Part shown: positions 10,084 through 19,333 of the stretch, one piece after another
How positions within the stretch are numbered: position 1 is the stretch's first letter
Layout of the letters: every line of letters starts with the position of its first letter
Assembly (NCBI GenBank): GCA_013812505.1
Contig: JACCTH010000034.1
Span: forward strand, 1,399-65,398
Length of the DNA: 64,000 bases
Source of the DNA: Acidimicrobiia bacterium
GTDB lineage: Bacteria; Actinomycetota; Acidimicrobiia; Spongiisociales; ZC4RG35
Direction: 5' to 3'
Translations under genes and position numbers: made by a program
The notes under the pieces: model-generated
The model's database searches: none
Seen by the model: the letters and a program-made list of their open reading frames with translations, nothing else
Told to the model about the DNA's origin: nothing

Positions 10084-11112
10084 ATGCCAATTGCCACTCC
10101 CGAGAAGTACCAGGAAATGCTGGCGGCGGCCCGCGATGGGGGCTACGCCTTTCCGGCGATCAACGTCACTGGCACGGAAACCTTGAACGGCGCCCTGGCT
10201 GGATTCGCCGAGGCCGAGTCGGATGGGATCGTCCAGGTGAGCACCGGCGGAGCGGAATTTTTGTCGGGGACCAAGCTGAAGGACATGCCGACGGGAGGCG
10301 AGGGCTTGGCCGAGTTCGCCCATGTCGTTGCAGATCGGTATCCGGTCAACATCGCCCTCCACACCGACCACTGCCAGCCCGAGAAAGTCGATTCCTACAT
10401 TCGACCGCTGCTCGCCCGCAGCAAGGCGCGCCGCCGAGGCGGCGAGGGACCCTTGTTCTCGAGTCACATGCTCGACGCGTCCATGCTGCCGCTGGAAGAA
10501 AACCTGGAGCTTGCACGCGAGCTACTCGACGAATGCGTTGCGGTGGGAGCGGTCCTCGAGCTTGAGATTGGAATCGTTGGCGGCAAAGAGGACGCGATGG
10601 ACCACGAAGGCGTTGCCAAGGACAAGCTCTACACCACCCCTGAGGACATGGTGCGGACCGCGGAAGTGCTCGGCCTTCCGGGCGACAATCTCTACCTCCT
10701 CGCCGCCGTGTTTGGCAACGTCCATGGGGTGTACAAACCGGGGTCGGTGCAGCTTCGGCCGTCGATTCTGCGCGATGGTCAAGAGGCGATGGAGAGAAAA
10801 TTCGGCGCCAGCGGCCGCCATTACTTGGTCTTCCACGGCGGCTCGGGCTCAAATCTGGAAGAGATTCGCGAAACGCTCGGTTACGGAGTCGTGAAGATGA
10901 ACGTCGACACCGATACCCAATACGCCTTCACTCGTCCGATCGCCGACCATATGTTCTCCAACTACACCGGCGTTCTCAAGGTGGACGGCGATGTCGGGGA
11001 CAAGAACACCTACGACCCCCGCTCCTACATGAAGAAGGCGGAGGTGGGAATGTCGGCGCGGGTAGTCACCGCTTGCGAGGACCTTATGTCAACCGGCCGC
11101 AGCATCCGCTGA
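10084..11112 (+). CDS. fba: fructose-bisphosphate aldolase class II
   Basis: MPIATPEKYQEMLAAARDGGYAFPAINVTGTETLNGAL is a typical class II FBA N-terminus. HTDHC and later His zinc ligands are present. The ORF-track start at 10009 is probably too far upstream. Confidence 0.9.
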   Translation: MPIATPEKYQEMLAAARDGGYAFPAINVTGTETLNGALAGFAEAESDGIVQVSTGGAEFLSGTKLKDMPTGGEGLAEFAHVVADRYPVNIALHTDHCQPEKVDSYIRPLLARSKARRRGGEGPLFSSHMLDASMLPLEENLELARELLDECVAVGAVLELEIGIVGGKEDAMDHEGVAKDKLYTTPEDMVRTAEVLGLPGDNLYLLAAVFGNVHGVYKPGSVQLRPSILRDGQEAMERKFGASGRHYLVFHGGSGSNLEEIRETLGYGVVKMNVDTDTQYAFTRPIADHMFSNYTGVLKVDGDVGDKNTYDPRSYMKKAEVGMSARVVTACEDLMSTGRSIR

Positions 11113-11113
11113 C

Positions 11114-11266
11114 TTGACCGTCCCTGCCCGGCTTCCCTGCGTGGATTGCGATGGCACTCTGCATCTGCTCACCGTTTTCGAGGAAGAACTGCCGGTCGAG
11201 CCAGGTGAGATCATCGCCTACCGCTGCGACAGCTGCCTCGAACGTTTCGACATCGTCTGGGACTGA
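11114..11266 (+). CDS. possible small zinc-ribbon protein (FmdB-like CxxC-N21-CxxC), start uncertain (TTG/GTG)
   Basis: This ORF is absent from the ATG-based track. The frame is open, with high GC3 coding bias. It translates as ...PCVDCDGTLHLLTVFEEELPVEPGEIIAYRCDSCLERFDIVWD*. Confidence 0.3.
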   Translation: MTVPARLPCVDCDGTLHLLTVFEEELPVEPGEIIAYRCDSCLERFDIVWD

Positions 11267-11325
11267 GTTTCTCCCCCCGGGGAAGTGTCGCTTTACTCGG
11301 ACCTGGCCCTGCCAGCGCAACCCCG

Positions 11326-11475
11326 GGCCAAATTTGTCCCCACGGGAAACCGATTCTCCTAATTTGTCCCATGGCGTGTCGTGCTCGTGCTTGTGGGGAC
11401 GAATCATGTCCTGAGGTTTCGCCACAGGACAAATTTCCCAAAAGCGTTCCTGTGACGACAAATTATGTCGGGGAA
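11326..11475. repeat. AT-rich symmetric element: two direct plus two inverted copies of AATTTGTCC(C) as a pair of imperfect inverted repeats of about 45 bp
   Basis: The copies are ccaaatttgtcccc (11328), cctaatttgtccc (11358), ggacaaatttccc (11427) and gacaaattatgtc (11457). The left arm aligns to the reverse complement of the right arm over about 45 bp. It lies in the fba to DUF2236 intergenic region. Confidence 0.6.
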
Positions 11476-11666
11476 CCGACTGGCATCCCTTTGTTGATTC
11501 GGTTATCCGCAGCCGAATTCCTCCCATCCCAAGCGTCACCGCGGTAGCGCCGATGAGATCAAGCTCGCCGCCGACCAAATCGCCCCACCACAACCTCAAC
11601 TAATCGACGGGCCCCGCAGGGGGAGTACCCGAGCGCAGCGAAGGGGGTTCTTTTGACGCGCGAGGA

Positions 11667-12611
11667 GTGGTCTCATTTCCATCCCCTTCAGAAAGGGATA
11701 ACTTGTCGCGCGTGCGAAAACGCCCCCCTCCCGGCTTCGCCGGCGCTCCCCCCTCCGGGGGGAGAAACACCCTGGCGGACACTGGTTACTTCGGGCCCGA
11801 CTCGATCACGTGGGCCGTCAATCAGGAAATCACCGTGCTGTTCGGAGGCGCCCGCGCCCTGCTCATGCATGCTGCCCACCCCCTGATCGCCGCCGGCGCA
11901 CGGCAGACGTCGATGTATCAACGGGACTCGTGGGCGCGTCTACTTCGCACCCTGATGCTCCAGTCGACGATGACCTTCGGCACCAAGCAGGAAGCCGACG
12001 AGGCTGCCGAACGAATCAATCGACTCCATTTTCGTATCAATGGAATCGATCCGGTGACCGGTGAACGGTACGACGCGATCGAACATGACCTTCTGCTTTG
12101 GGTCCACGCCGCCCTCGAGGTCTCCTCGATCTACTTCTTCGAGCGCACCGTTCGGCACCTGACGACTGAGGAACGAGATCGTTATCACCATGAGAACCTG
12201 GTGGCAGCCGAGCTGATGCTGCTCCCCCGCGAGCGCGTTCCCACCAGATACGCCGACCTAGAACGCTATGTCGAGAGCGTGATCACGTCAGACCGGCTCC
12301 TTCGCACCGATGTCTCGGACAACGTCGCGGACCTCATTCGCAAAGGACCGGTGCCGGCCACATTGCGTCCCATCTGGGCGTTCATCCGCTTCGCTGCGTT
12401 CGGAACCCTCCACCCGTCTCTGCAGATGCTTTACGGGGTGAAGTGGTCAAACGCGAGAGACCGCTGGCTCCGAGCCAATCTGTGGTTGCTCGGAAAAGTG
12501 CGACCTTTCTTGCCGAGGAGGTTTCGCTTCATTGGACCCGCTCGCTGGGCCTACGAACGGCTGGAAGGCAAACACAACCTCACTCTGGCTGAGGCAGGCG
12601 CTCGCCGTTGA
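11667..12611 (+). CDS. DUF2236 / MpaB-family oxygenase-like protein
   Basis: The YFGPDSITWAVNQEITVLFGGARALLMHAAHPLIAAG block is characteristic of the ER-bound oxygenase MpaB/DUF2236 family. Confidence 0.65.
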   Translation: MVSFPSPSERDNLSRVRKRPPPGFAGAPPSGGRNTLADTGYFGPDSITWAVNQEITVLFGGARALLMHAAHPLIAAGARQTSMYQRDSWARLLRTLMLQSTMTFGTKQEADEAAERINRLHFRINGIDPVTGERYDAIEHDLLLWVHAALEVSSIYFFERTVRHLTTEERDRYHHENLVAAELMLLPRERVPTRYADLERYVESVITSDRLLRTDVSDNVADLIRKGPVPATLRPIWAFIRFAAFGTLHPSLQMLYGVKWSNARDRWLRANLWLLGKVRPFLPRRFRFIGPARWAYERLEGKHNLTLAEAGARR

Positions 12612-13302
12612 GATACTTGGCGAAAAAGGCCCCGATCCTCACCCAAGCGTCTTCGGCGGCGTCCCGCCGATAACCCACCGCCAGCAAGGGGCGGCCGAGG
12701 GTCTCAATCAGGCGGTGTCCTTCGGCTTGATTCATGAAACCGTGGCCGGCGCCTCGGTAGATCTTGAAATCATTGTCGATGCCGGCCTCCTCAAGGGCGG
12801 CCCGGGCGCCCTGCGCGCCTCGTCGCAGAAACCGATCCTCGGCGCCATATGAAGCCACGACCGGGCACGAGTTGGCGAGATCGTCGGGGATCTGTCCGTA
12901 ATTGGACGCGGTCACATCCACCTTCTGTTTGGCGCCGAGCAGGAAGGCGTAACCGCCTCCCATGCAGAAACCAATCGCCCCTACTTTGCCCGAACAGTCC
13001 GCTCGACTGCGCAGCCAGGTGATCACTGCCTCGACCGTGTCGACATTGTTCCCCTCCCCGCGCCAAAGATCACGGGCAATGCGTGCGATGCAGCCCCAGC
13101 CGCCACCGTCGACGAGGTCCGGCGCAACAGCCAGATAGCCGAGCGAGGCGACCCGGTCGGTGATGCGGCGAATGTCGTCGTCCAAACCGAAGGCCTGATG
13201 CAGGACCACTACCCCCGGCCACGGTCCCCCGCTGTCGGGCGCCGACAGATATCCCGGGATGGGATCGCCAGATATGTAGAGAGTGAGGTCGCCACCCATC
13301 GT
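12580..13302 (-). CDS. dienelactone hydrolase family protein
   Basis: The nucleophile motif GFCMGGGYA and the C-terminal GAGHGF histidine motif are present. The length and order match DLH. The start is set at the internal Met (MGGDLTLY) because the upstream 42 residues are Arg/Pro-rich and non-native looking. Confidence 0.7.
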   Translation of the reverse strand, partial: TMGGDLTLYISGDPIPGYLSAPDSGGPWPGVVVLHQAFGLDDDIRRITDRVASLGYLAVAPDLVDGGGWGCIARIARDLWRGEGNNVDTVEAVITWLRSRADCSGKVGAIGFCMGGGYAFLLGAKQKVDVTASNYGQIPDDLANSCPVVASYGAEDRFLRRGAQGARAALEEAGIDNDFKIYRGAGHGFMNQAEGHRLIETLGRPLLAVGYRRDAAEDAWVRIGAFFAKYLNGERLPQPE

Positions 13303-13370
13303 TGCGGGACCGTAACGAGGTCGTCGGGAGAATGTCGTGGTGACGGTGACCACTCGTCGAGAATGGCTCC

Positions 13371-14789
13371 ATGAGCAATTACGACGCGGTGGTGGTCGGC
13401 GCCGGACCGAATGGCTTGGCGGCGGCAATCGCGCTCGCCCAGGCTGGAAAATCAGTGAAGGTGATCGAGGGAGCCGCCACGATCGGCGGCGGGGCGCGCA
13501 CGATCGAGCTCACCGCTCCCGGGTTCCGGCACGATGTTTGCTCGGCGGTGCATCCGCTCGGGCTGGGGTCGCCCTTCTTCCGCAGCCTGCCGTTGGAAGA
13601 TTTCGGTCTTCGTTGGGTCCATCCCCCAATTCCCTTTGCGCACCCCCTCAACGCTCGGGACGCCGTCTATGTGCACCGATCAGTGGAAGCCACTGCTGAG
13701 GAATTGGGTGGGGCCGATGGCGAGGAGTATCGAAATCGCATAGGGCCGCTGGTGAACGATTGGGACCTGATCGAGAATCAGATCCTCGGCCCCGTCGTGC
13801 GAGTTCCGCGACATCCGATCGCAATGGCTCGATTCGGCTGGGTAGGCATCCTGCCGGCGACGACCTTGCTCAAAGCCTTCCGCCATGAGGGAGGCAAAGC
13901 GATTCTGGCGGGTGCGGCCGCGCATTCCTACGTGCCGTTGTCGCGCCCCCTCACCGCCTCTTTCGGCTTGCTCTATCCGATGACGGCCCATCGTTGGGGA
14001 TGGCCCTTCGCGGCAGGAGGATCGCAATCGATCGTCGACGCACTGGCGGGCTATCTACAGTCGCTCGGGGGCGAGATCGAAACCGGAAGCTGGGTCACTC
14101 GTCTGGACGAGCTGCCACCGGCCAAAGCGGTTCTGCTCGACGTCACTCCCGACGTCCTTCTCCGGATGGCCGGTCACAAGCTTCCCGGCCTATACCGCCA
14201 ACGAGTGCGCCGCTACAAGCGCGCGCCGGGCGCGTTCAAAGTGGATTACGCCCTCTCCGGACCGGTTCCGTGGGCCAACCAGCGGTTGCTCGACGCCGGG
14301 ACCGTGCACATCGGCTCGGCCGAATCAATCGTCGCGGCCGAGGAGGCGATTTGGAAGGGACGGCGACCGCGGCGGCCGTTCCTTCTCGTCGCGCAGCCGA
14401 GCCTGTTCGATCCTTCGCGGGCGCCCGCCGGCCAGCACACGCTGTGGGTTTACGCCCATGTGCCCCGTGGCACCACCGACGATTACCTACCCGCCATCGA
14501 GGCCGAGCTCGAGAACCTGGCTCCCGGTTTTTCCGAACGCGTCATCGATAAGTGCGTATCCACGCCTGCCGACCTGGAGGCTTACAACCCCAACTACGTC
14601 GGCGGAGACATCACCGGCGGCGCCCACACGATCAAACAGGTGGTCTTTCGCCCGCTTCCCTCGCGCAACCCGTACTCAACCCCACTTCCAGGTGTCTTCC
14701 TCTGCTCTTCGTCGACCCCACCCGGCGCCGGCGTGCACGGGATGTGCGGCTACTGGGCCGCCCAAACCGCCCTCAAAACCATTAGGTAA
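13371..14789 (+). CDS. NAD(P)/FAD-dependent oxidoreductase, phytoene desaturase (CrtI)-related family
   Basis: An N-terminal Rossmann motif YDAVVVGAGPNGLAAAIALAQAG is present. The roughly 470 aa amine-oxidase/CrtI-like architecture fits the family. Confidence 0.7.
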   Translation: MSNYDAVVVGAGPNGLAAAIALAQAGKSVKVIEGAATIGGGARTIELTAPGFRHDVCSAVHPLGLGSPFFRSLPLEDFGLRWVHPPIPFAHPLNARDAVYVHRSVEATAEELGGADGEEYRNRIGPLVNDWDLIENQILGPVVRVPRHPIAMARFGWVGILPATTLLKAFRHEGGKAILAGAAAHSYVPLSRPLTASFGLLYPMTAHRWGWPFAAGGSQSIVDALAGYLQSLGGEIETGSWVTRLDELPPAKAVLLDVTPDVLLRMAGHKLPGLYRQRVRRYKRAPGAFKVDYALSGPVPWANQRLLDAGTVHIGSAESIVAAEEAIWKGRRPRRPFLLVAQPSLFDPSRAPAGQHTLWVYAHVPRGTTDDYLPAIEAELENLAPGFSERVIDKCVSTPADLEAYNPNYVGGDITGGAHTIKQVVFRPLPSRNPYSTPLPGVFLCSSSTPPGAGVHGMCGYWAAQTALKTIR

Positions 14790-14822
14790 AGAGGCACTTC
14801 GGAAGTGGTCCCGGCGTCGCTG

Positions 14823-15485
14823 CTACGCGTCCCGCGGCTGCGTGAACAGGAGCCGTTCCAGGGCATCGGCGTACCAGGTCTCGAATTGGGCCGGCGACCA
14901 TCCGCGACCGAGGACCAGCAGCCCATACATTTCGGGGCTGCCGATGCCGAAGAGAATCTCCGCGGACTTCGCTTTGCTGAGCCCCCGACGGAGGCGTTGG
15001 CGCTCGAGCAGTATGCCGAGCAGCGCACGCTGGCCGATGAACCGCTGCTGGGCGTACCGGGACAGGGCTTGCGCAGCTGCCGTGTCAGCCGCGGCCGCAC
15101 CCTGGAGCACGAGATACAGCGGAGTGATCCGCTCGAGGATGCGCCGACCGTTTCTCGCGAGGAGGCGGAGCTGTCGACCGGGATCATCCTCTGCGCGTAG
15201 CTGCCCGACCCATTCGCGATCCAGGATCGGCACATCGGCGCTGTCGCCCGCGATCGTGACGTCGATCAGGGCCTCGAGAAGGGATCGCTTGCTCCCGAAG
15301 ACGGCGTAGACCGTCTCTGGCGAAACGGCCGCTCGTTCCGCAATGGCTTCGATGGTGGTTGAGACGTAGCCGGACGATTCGAAGAGCGCGCGTGCCGCGG
15401 CGAGCACTGCATCTCGTGTCTGGGCGGCCTGCTGCCGGCGAACTGCGGAGTGATATGCGCGACGTGGCTTGACCGGCTTCGCCAT
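14823..15485 (-). CDS. TetR/AcrR family transcriptional regulator
   Basis: An N-terminal HTH is present: TRDAVLAAARALFESSGYVSTTIEAIAERAAVSPETVYAVFGSKRSLL. Confidence 0.85.
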   Translation of the reverse strand: MAKPVKPRRAYHSAVRRQQAAQTRDAVLAAARALFESSGYVSTTIEAIAERAAVSPETVYAVFGSKRSLLEALIDVTIAGDSADVPILDREWVGQLRAEDDPGRQLRLLARNGRRILERITPLYLVLQGAAAADTAAAQALSRYAQQRFIGQRALLGILLERQRLRRGLSKAKSAEILFGIGSPEMYGLLVLGRGWSPAQFETWYADALERLLFTQPRDA

Positions 15486-15552
15486 TTCGCTACTGTATCA
15501 CCGTATCGGATACGGACCCACTGTATCCAACCACGAGGATAGGAGCAGTGCG

Positions 15553-15894
15553 ATGAAAACCGACGACCAGCTGACTGGAGCGGCGAAGGCGGCGCGCACG
15601 ACGGGGTCGATCCTGCGAATCGAGCATCACGTCAGCGACTACCCCTCATGGAAGGCCGCGTTCGATGCCGATCCCCTCGATCGGTCACGCTCGGGCGTGA
15701 TCGGCTACCGGGTGATGCGGGCTGCCGATGACGCGAGCAGCGTGATGATCGACCTCGAGTTCGCTTCGACAGGGCAGGCCGAGGTGATGCGCGAGCGGCT
15801 GCAGACGTTGTGGCAGGGCCCGGCGAGCACCTTCATCCGCGACCCTCGTGCGCGGGTGGTCGATGTCATCGAGGGGGGCGCTACGGAGGCGTGA
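15553..15894 (+). CDS. hypothetical small protein (alpha+beta barrel-like), divergent from TetR gene
   Basis: This is a 113 aa ORF with good codon bias. It has a classic divergent regulator/target arrangement with the TetR gene. No confident family assignment is possible from sequence alone. Confidence 0.5.
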   Translation: MKTDDQLTGAAKAARTTGSILRIEHHVSDYPSWKAAFDADPLDRSRSGVIGYRVMRAADDASSVMIDLEFASTGQAEVMRERLQTLWQGPASTFIRDPRARVVDVIEGGATEA

Positions 15895-15901
15895 GCACCT
15901 G

Positions 15902-15949
15902 TTCTCGCGCATCAAACGCAACCGATAGGTTGCGTTTGATGCGCGAAAA
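15902..15949. terminator. bidirectional intrinsic terminator (near-perfect 21-bp stem, GATA loop)
   Basis: The arms ttctcgcgcatcaaacgcaacc-gata-ggttgcgtttgatgcgcgaaaa form the stem. It lies between the convergent 15553..15894 (+) and exonuclease (-) genes. Confidence 0.75.
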
Positions 15950-15962
15950 CAGAGGAGAGGGG

Positions 15963-16829
15963 TTACTGCCAGCGGTGAGGGCGGGTGCGGACGTCGTCGA
16001 AGCCGAGCTCGTCGCAGAGGGCGAGGAATGCGTTCCCGTCGACTCCTTTCCATTCCAGATCTTCGAGGCTTTCGGTGAGAGGGACGTTCTGGCGGAGGGT
16101 CGTGAGGTCGCGGTAGAGCAAGGCGTCTTCGAAACGCTCGCGTAAAACCAGCGCAAGCTTGTCCGCCCCCCGCACCGTCACTTCCCAATCACGAGGATTG
16201 GGGGGGATCGCGTCGAGCTTGTGCCAGCGCGACAAGACTGCGCCTGCCGATTTCGATCCCCAGCCGGGGAGACCAGGCACACCGTCGGCGGTGTCACCGA
16301 CGAGGGCCAAATAATCAGGAATGGATTCCGGTCCCACCCCGAACTTGAGGCGAATCCCGTCCTCGTTGTAAACCACTTGCTCGCGGCGATTGAGAGTCAC
16401 CACCCGATCTCCGATCACGCACTGGGACAGGTCTTTGTCCGGGGTGCAGATCACCACCTGGTCGACGTCCTCGCACCAGCGAAACGAAGCGGTGGCGATG
16501 GCGTCGTCGGCTTCGTATTCGACCATCCCCCAGCAGACGACGCCGATAGCGGCGAAGGCTCTTTCGGCGAGTGGGAACTGGTCCAACAAGACCTGCTCCA
16601 TGCCGGCACTGGTCTTGTACCCAGGAAACATGTCGTTGCGAAACGACTCGATGACGGTGTCAGTCGCCGCCGCGAGATGAGTCACATCCGGTTCTCGCAG
16701 GAGCGACAGGGTCGTCTCGATGATGCCCAAGGTCGCCCCCACTTCGCGCCCATCAGGGGCAAGGCGCTCGGGTCGTCCGTAGTACGAACGAAACAACTCA
16801 TAGGTACCATCGAGCAGGTGGAGACGCAC
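15963..16829 (-). CDS. 5'-3' exonuclease (FEN/PolI N-terminal-domain family)
   Basis: MRLHLLDGTYELFRSYYG is a typical N-terminus. Acidic catalytic residues follow in the YEADD and LVGDTADGVPG blocks, and an H3TH-like segment is present. Confidence 0.85.
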   Translation of the reverse strand: MRLHLLDGTYELFRSYYGRPERLAPDGREVGATLGIIETTLSLLREPDVTHLAAATDTVIESFRNDMFPGYKTSAGMEQVLLDQFPLAERAFAAIGVVCWGMVEYEADDAIATASFRWCEDVDQVVICTPDKDLSQCVIGDRVVTLNRREQVVYNEDGIRLKFGVGPESIPDYLALVGDTADGVPGLPGWGSKSAGAVLSRWHKLDAIPPNPRDWEVTVRGADKLALVLRERFEDALLYRDLTTLRQNVPLTESLEDLEWKGVDGNAFLALCDELGFDDVRTRPHRWQ

Positions 16830-16859
16830 AACACCGATCCTATCGACCCCTCTGAACCC

Positions 16860-17177
16860 GACCCCTGGGAGCGCCTTGGCGACCAGTTTGCATCGCTCAG
16901 GGAGAAGCTGAAGGACACTTACCGCCAGCAGTCGGCGGACGAGGGCCCGTCCGAAGATGACGTGAAGAACGCCTTCCGAACCCTGGGGAAGGCATGGGAT
17001 CGCCTCGCTGACGCCGTCGGCACCGCGGTGAAAGACGAGTCTGTCCGTCAGCAGGTGAAGGGTGCCGCCACCGGCTTTTTTGAAGCGGTCGGCTCGGCTT
17101 TCTCCCAGCTCGGTTCGGAGCTGCGCAAGACCGGCCGCGACCCCGACGCTGGCGATGAGGTTCCGCCTGCGTCGTAG
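16860..17177 (+). CDS. hypothetical small acidic/helical protein (non-ATG start, boundaries uncertain)
   Basis: The 3' end of ORF 16221..17177 lies beyond the exonuclease gene and has strong GC3 coding bias. It translates as ...DQFASLREKLKDTYRQQSADEG...VKGAATGFFEAVGSAFSQLGSELRKTG. Confidence 0.35.
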   Translation, partial: DPWERLGDQFASLREKLKDTYRQQSADEGPSEDDVKNAFRTLGKAWDRLADAVGTAVKDESVRQQVKGAATGFFEAVGSAFSQLGSELRKTGRDPDAGDEVPPAS

Positions 17178-17179
17178 CA

Positions 17180-18154
17180 GTGAATGAAAAACGGGCCCGC
17201 GACGCCATCGAGAGCTCGGACACTGACGGACTCATAAGGATCGTCGACGGCGCCTGTGCCGCGAAAGAATGGGACGAACTTCTCCACCTGCGAGTGCGCA
17301 TGGAAGAAGCACGGAGCCGAGGTCGTCAACTGTGGGGGGTGGATCAGCACGTTCGCTACCGCCTGGCCCTGGAAGCACCCCCACCTTTGGCCGCACAGGC
17401 GGTCGACGAAGGACCGGCCCGTTTCGCTCTCGGTCCGCTCACCGAAGTCGCCGCGAATCGGCATTCGTTCGCCGAGCTCGCGCCTTTTCTCGGATCAGGC
17501 CCGAGCCGCAGCCTGCTCGCCCACGAACGCGTCATCGCCGGAGAGAAGATCGACCCTGCAACCGTCACCGACAATCAGCTCGAGCTGCCGTTGCGATTGC
17601 TCGCCTGGGAACCGGTTTACCAAGTTGCGACTTATCACTCAGATCGGGTCGAGACGCTGTCGCCTTCGCTGCCGAGAATGGCGAAAGAGGCGCTGCCGTC
17701 CTCAGCGACTGTCATCGACGACCACCCGTCTACCGAAGCCCTCTTAGGCCTGGTGTTGCCATGGCTCGAAGAGTCGAATGGTCGCGCCCAGGCGGTGTGC
17801 GCCGAGGGTCAACCGACCGCGGCGTTGAAGGCCCTAGGCGTGCCTGCGGCCGAGCTCGCACCGATTCCGGTGGCGGAGGCGATGGCACACATGGCCTGGG
17901 CAGCGGCATCCGGCGGAGCCGAGGGTCGGCGGCGGGGCGGGGCTAGTGGCCGGTTCCAGGCGTGGCACACGCTGACCACCCTGGCCGGCTTCGAATGGCC
18001 TGCTTCCGCTGAGATCGTCACGGAAGCGGCCGGCCGGCTGCGCTGGTTTCTCTGGTCCGACTTTGCCCCCGCCATCGGTTGGGTGCTCAACATTGCCGCT
18101 TATGACGGTGAGGAAAATCTCTCGTGGGCCCTCGCCGCTCGCGATGCGGCGTGA
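17180..18154 (+). CDS. hypothetical protein (324 aa, no recognisable family)
   Basis: This is a long ORF with coding bias. The alternative-frame ORF 17269..17946 is Arg-rich junk, so this frame is preferred. Confidence 0.5.
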   Translation: MNEKRARDAIESSDTDGLIRIVDGACAAKEWDELLHLRVRMEEARSRGRQLWGVDQHVRYRLALEAPPPLAAQAVDEGPARFALGPLTEVAANRHSFAELAPFLGSGPSRSLLAHERVIAGEKIDPATVTDNQLELPLRLLAWEPVYQVATYHSDRVETLSPSLPRMAKEALPSSATVIDDHPSTEALLGLVLPWLEESNGRAQAVCAEGQPTAALKALGVPAAELAPIPVAEAMAHMAWAAASGGAEGRRRGGASGRFQAWHTLTTLAGFEWPASAEIVTEAAGRLRWFLWSDFAPAIGWVLNIAAYDGEENLSWALAARDAA

Positions 18155-18163
18155 CCAGATGGA

Positions 18164-19309
18164 CTAGGTCGCTGGCACGGCGGCCGTGTCGGCTATCAAT
18201 TGATCAACGACGGTCTTGAGCGCTTCCTCGTTGGAAGCGCCAGATGCCAAAGCGGTGCGATAAGTCTCGATCTGGCGGTCTGCAGAGGTCCCATCTTCGA
18301 CAATGGTTCGAACTCGCTGCAACTCCGGCCAACACCCGAGCTCCTCAGCATCGGGTTGGAGCATCTCGATCATCTCCTCAGCTAGATCGCTATACGAAAC
18401 CAGATTGCCTTTCCCGTAGTCCATCAGCGTGCCCTCGACCCCGTATCGCTGGGCCCGCCAGATGTTCTCTGAGATGAGCATCGGGGCGTACTGCCGCCAA
18501 CGCTGGTTGTTCAATCGCAACCGGTAGAGCATGTGCAGGAGGCACACATAGGTGGCCGCCACCGCGCACGCGTCCTCAACCTTGGTGCAGACGTCGGTGA
18601 TCCTCATCTCGAGAGTCGGAAAGCGGGAGGAAGGCCGGATGTCCCACCAGATCTTCGAGGAGTCTTCGATGATCCGAGCCCTAACCAAGACGTCGACATG
18701 CCGCTGATACTCGGACCAACTAACGAATTCATCGGGCAAACCCGTCCGGGGCATCGTGCGGAAGGTCGAAATCCGATAGCTCTTGAGCCCGGTGAGCCGC
18801 GACCCCCAGAAGGGCGACGAGGTCGAGAGGCTTAGAAGATGCGGGAGCATGTACCTCACTTGATTCATCAGGTCGATCCGCAAATCGGCATCCTCGATTC
18901 CGGCGTGGACATGCATTCCGCAGATGACCATTCGACGGGCGATCATCCCGAGATCCTCGGCCATCACTTTGTATCGATCCTTGTCGGTGGGTTGTTGCTC
19001 CCACCAGAGTGCGAAAGGATGAGTGGAGGCGGCCATCAACGCGGCCCCGTGCTTCTCGAGCGCGTTGTTCAAGGAAGCCCGCATCTCGACTAGCTCCTTG
19101 CCGGCATCGGCGACGGAGCTATGAACCCCGGTGGCGACTTCCAACTGCGCCCGCAGAAACTCGGGCATCGCCTTGGCGCCCAAGGCTTCGTGGGCGCTCT
19201 CCCAGAGGGCGACATCGGGATCGCTGACCAGATTTCGCGTCTCCCGATCGACGAGGAGGTACTCCTCCTCGATGCCGATGCTCAGCGCCGGGCGAGTAAT
19301 CACGTGCAT
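18164..19309 (-). CDS. carboxylate-amine ligase, glutamate-cysteine ligase family 2 (YbdK-like)
   Basis: The GCS2 signature is present throughout: IGIEEEYLLVD...GMHVHAGIED...SPFWG.... Confidence 0.8.
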   Translation of the reverse strand: MHVITRPALSIGIEEEYLLVDRETRNLVSDPDVALWESAHEALGAKAMPEFLRAQLEVATGVHSSVADAGKELVEMRASLNNALEKHGAALMAASTHPFALWWEQQPTDKDRYKVMAEDLGMIARRMVICGMHVHAGIEDADLRIDLMNQVRYMLPHLLSLSTSSPFWGSRLTGLKSYRISTFRTMPRTGLPDEFVSWSEYQRHVDVLVRARIIEDSSKIWWDIRPSSRFPTLEMRITDVCTKVEDACAVAATYVCLLHMLYRLRLNNQRWRQYAPMLISENIWRAQRYGVEGTLMDYGKGNLVSYSDLAEEMIEMLQPDAEELGCWPELQRVRTIVEDGTSADRQIETYRTALASGASNEEALKTVVDQLIADTAAVPAT

Positions 19310-19333
19310 CGGTGCGATTATTAGCCGCCCCGG

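Noticed and set aside
11084-11599. 171-aa minus-strand ORF spanning the fba 3' end and the intergenic region
   Set aside because: It overlaps the fba end. It has no protein-like composition, and the region is better explained by the small zinc-ribbon ORF and the AT-rich repeat element.
16221-16829. 5' two-thirds of plus-strand ORF 16221..17177
   Set aside because: It is antisense to the well-supported 5'-3' exonuclease gene. Only the part beyond 16830 looks coding.
17269-17946. 225-aa alternate-frame ORF within the 17180..18154 gene
   Set aside because: It is extremely Arg/Gly/Pro-rich. It is a frame artefact.
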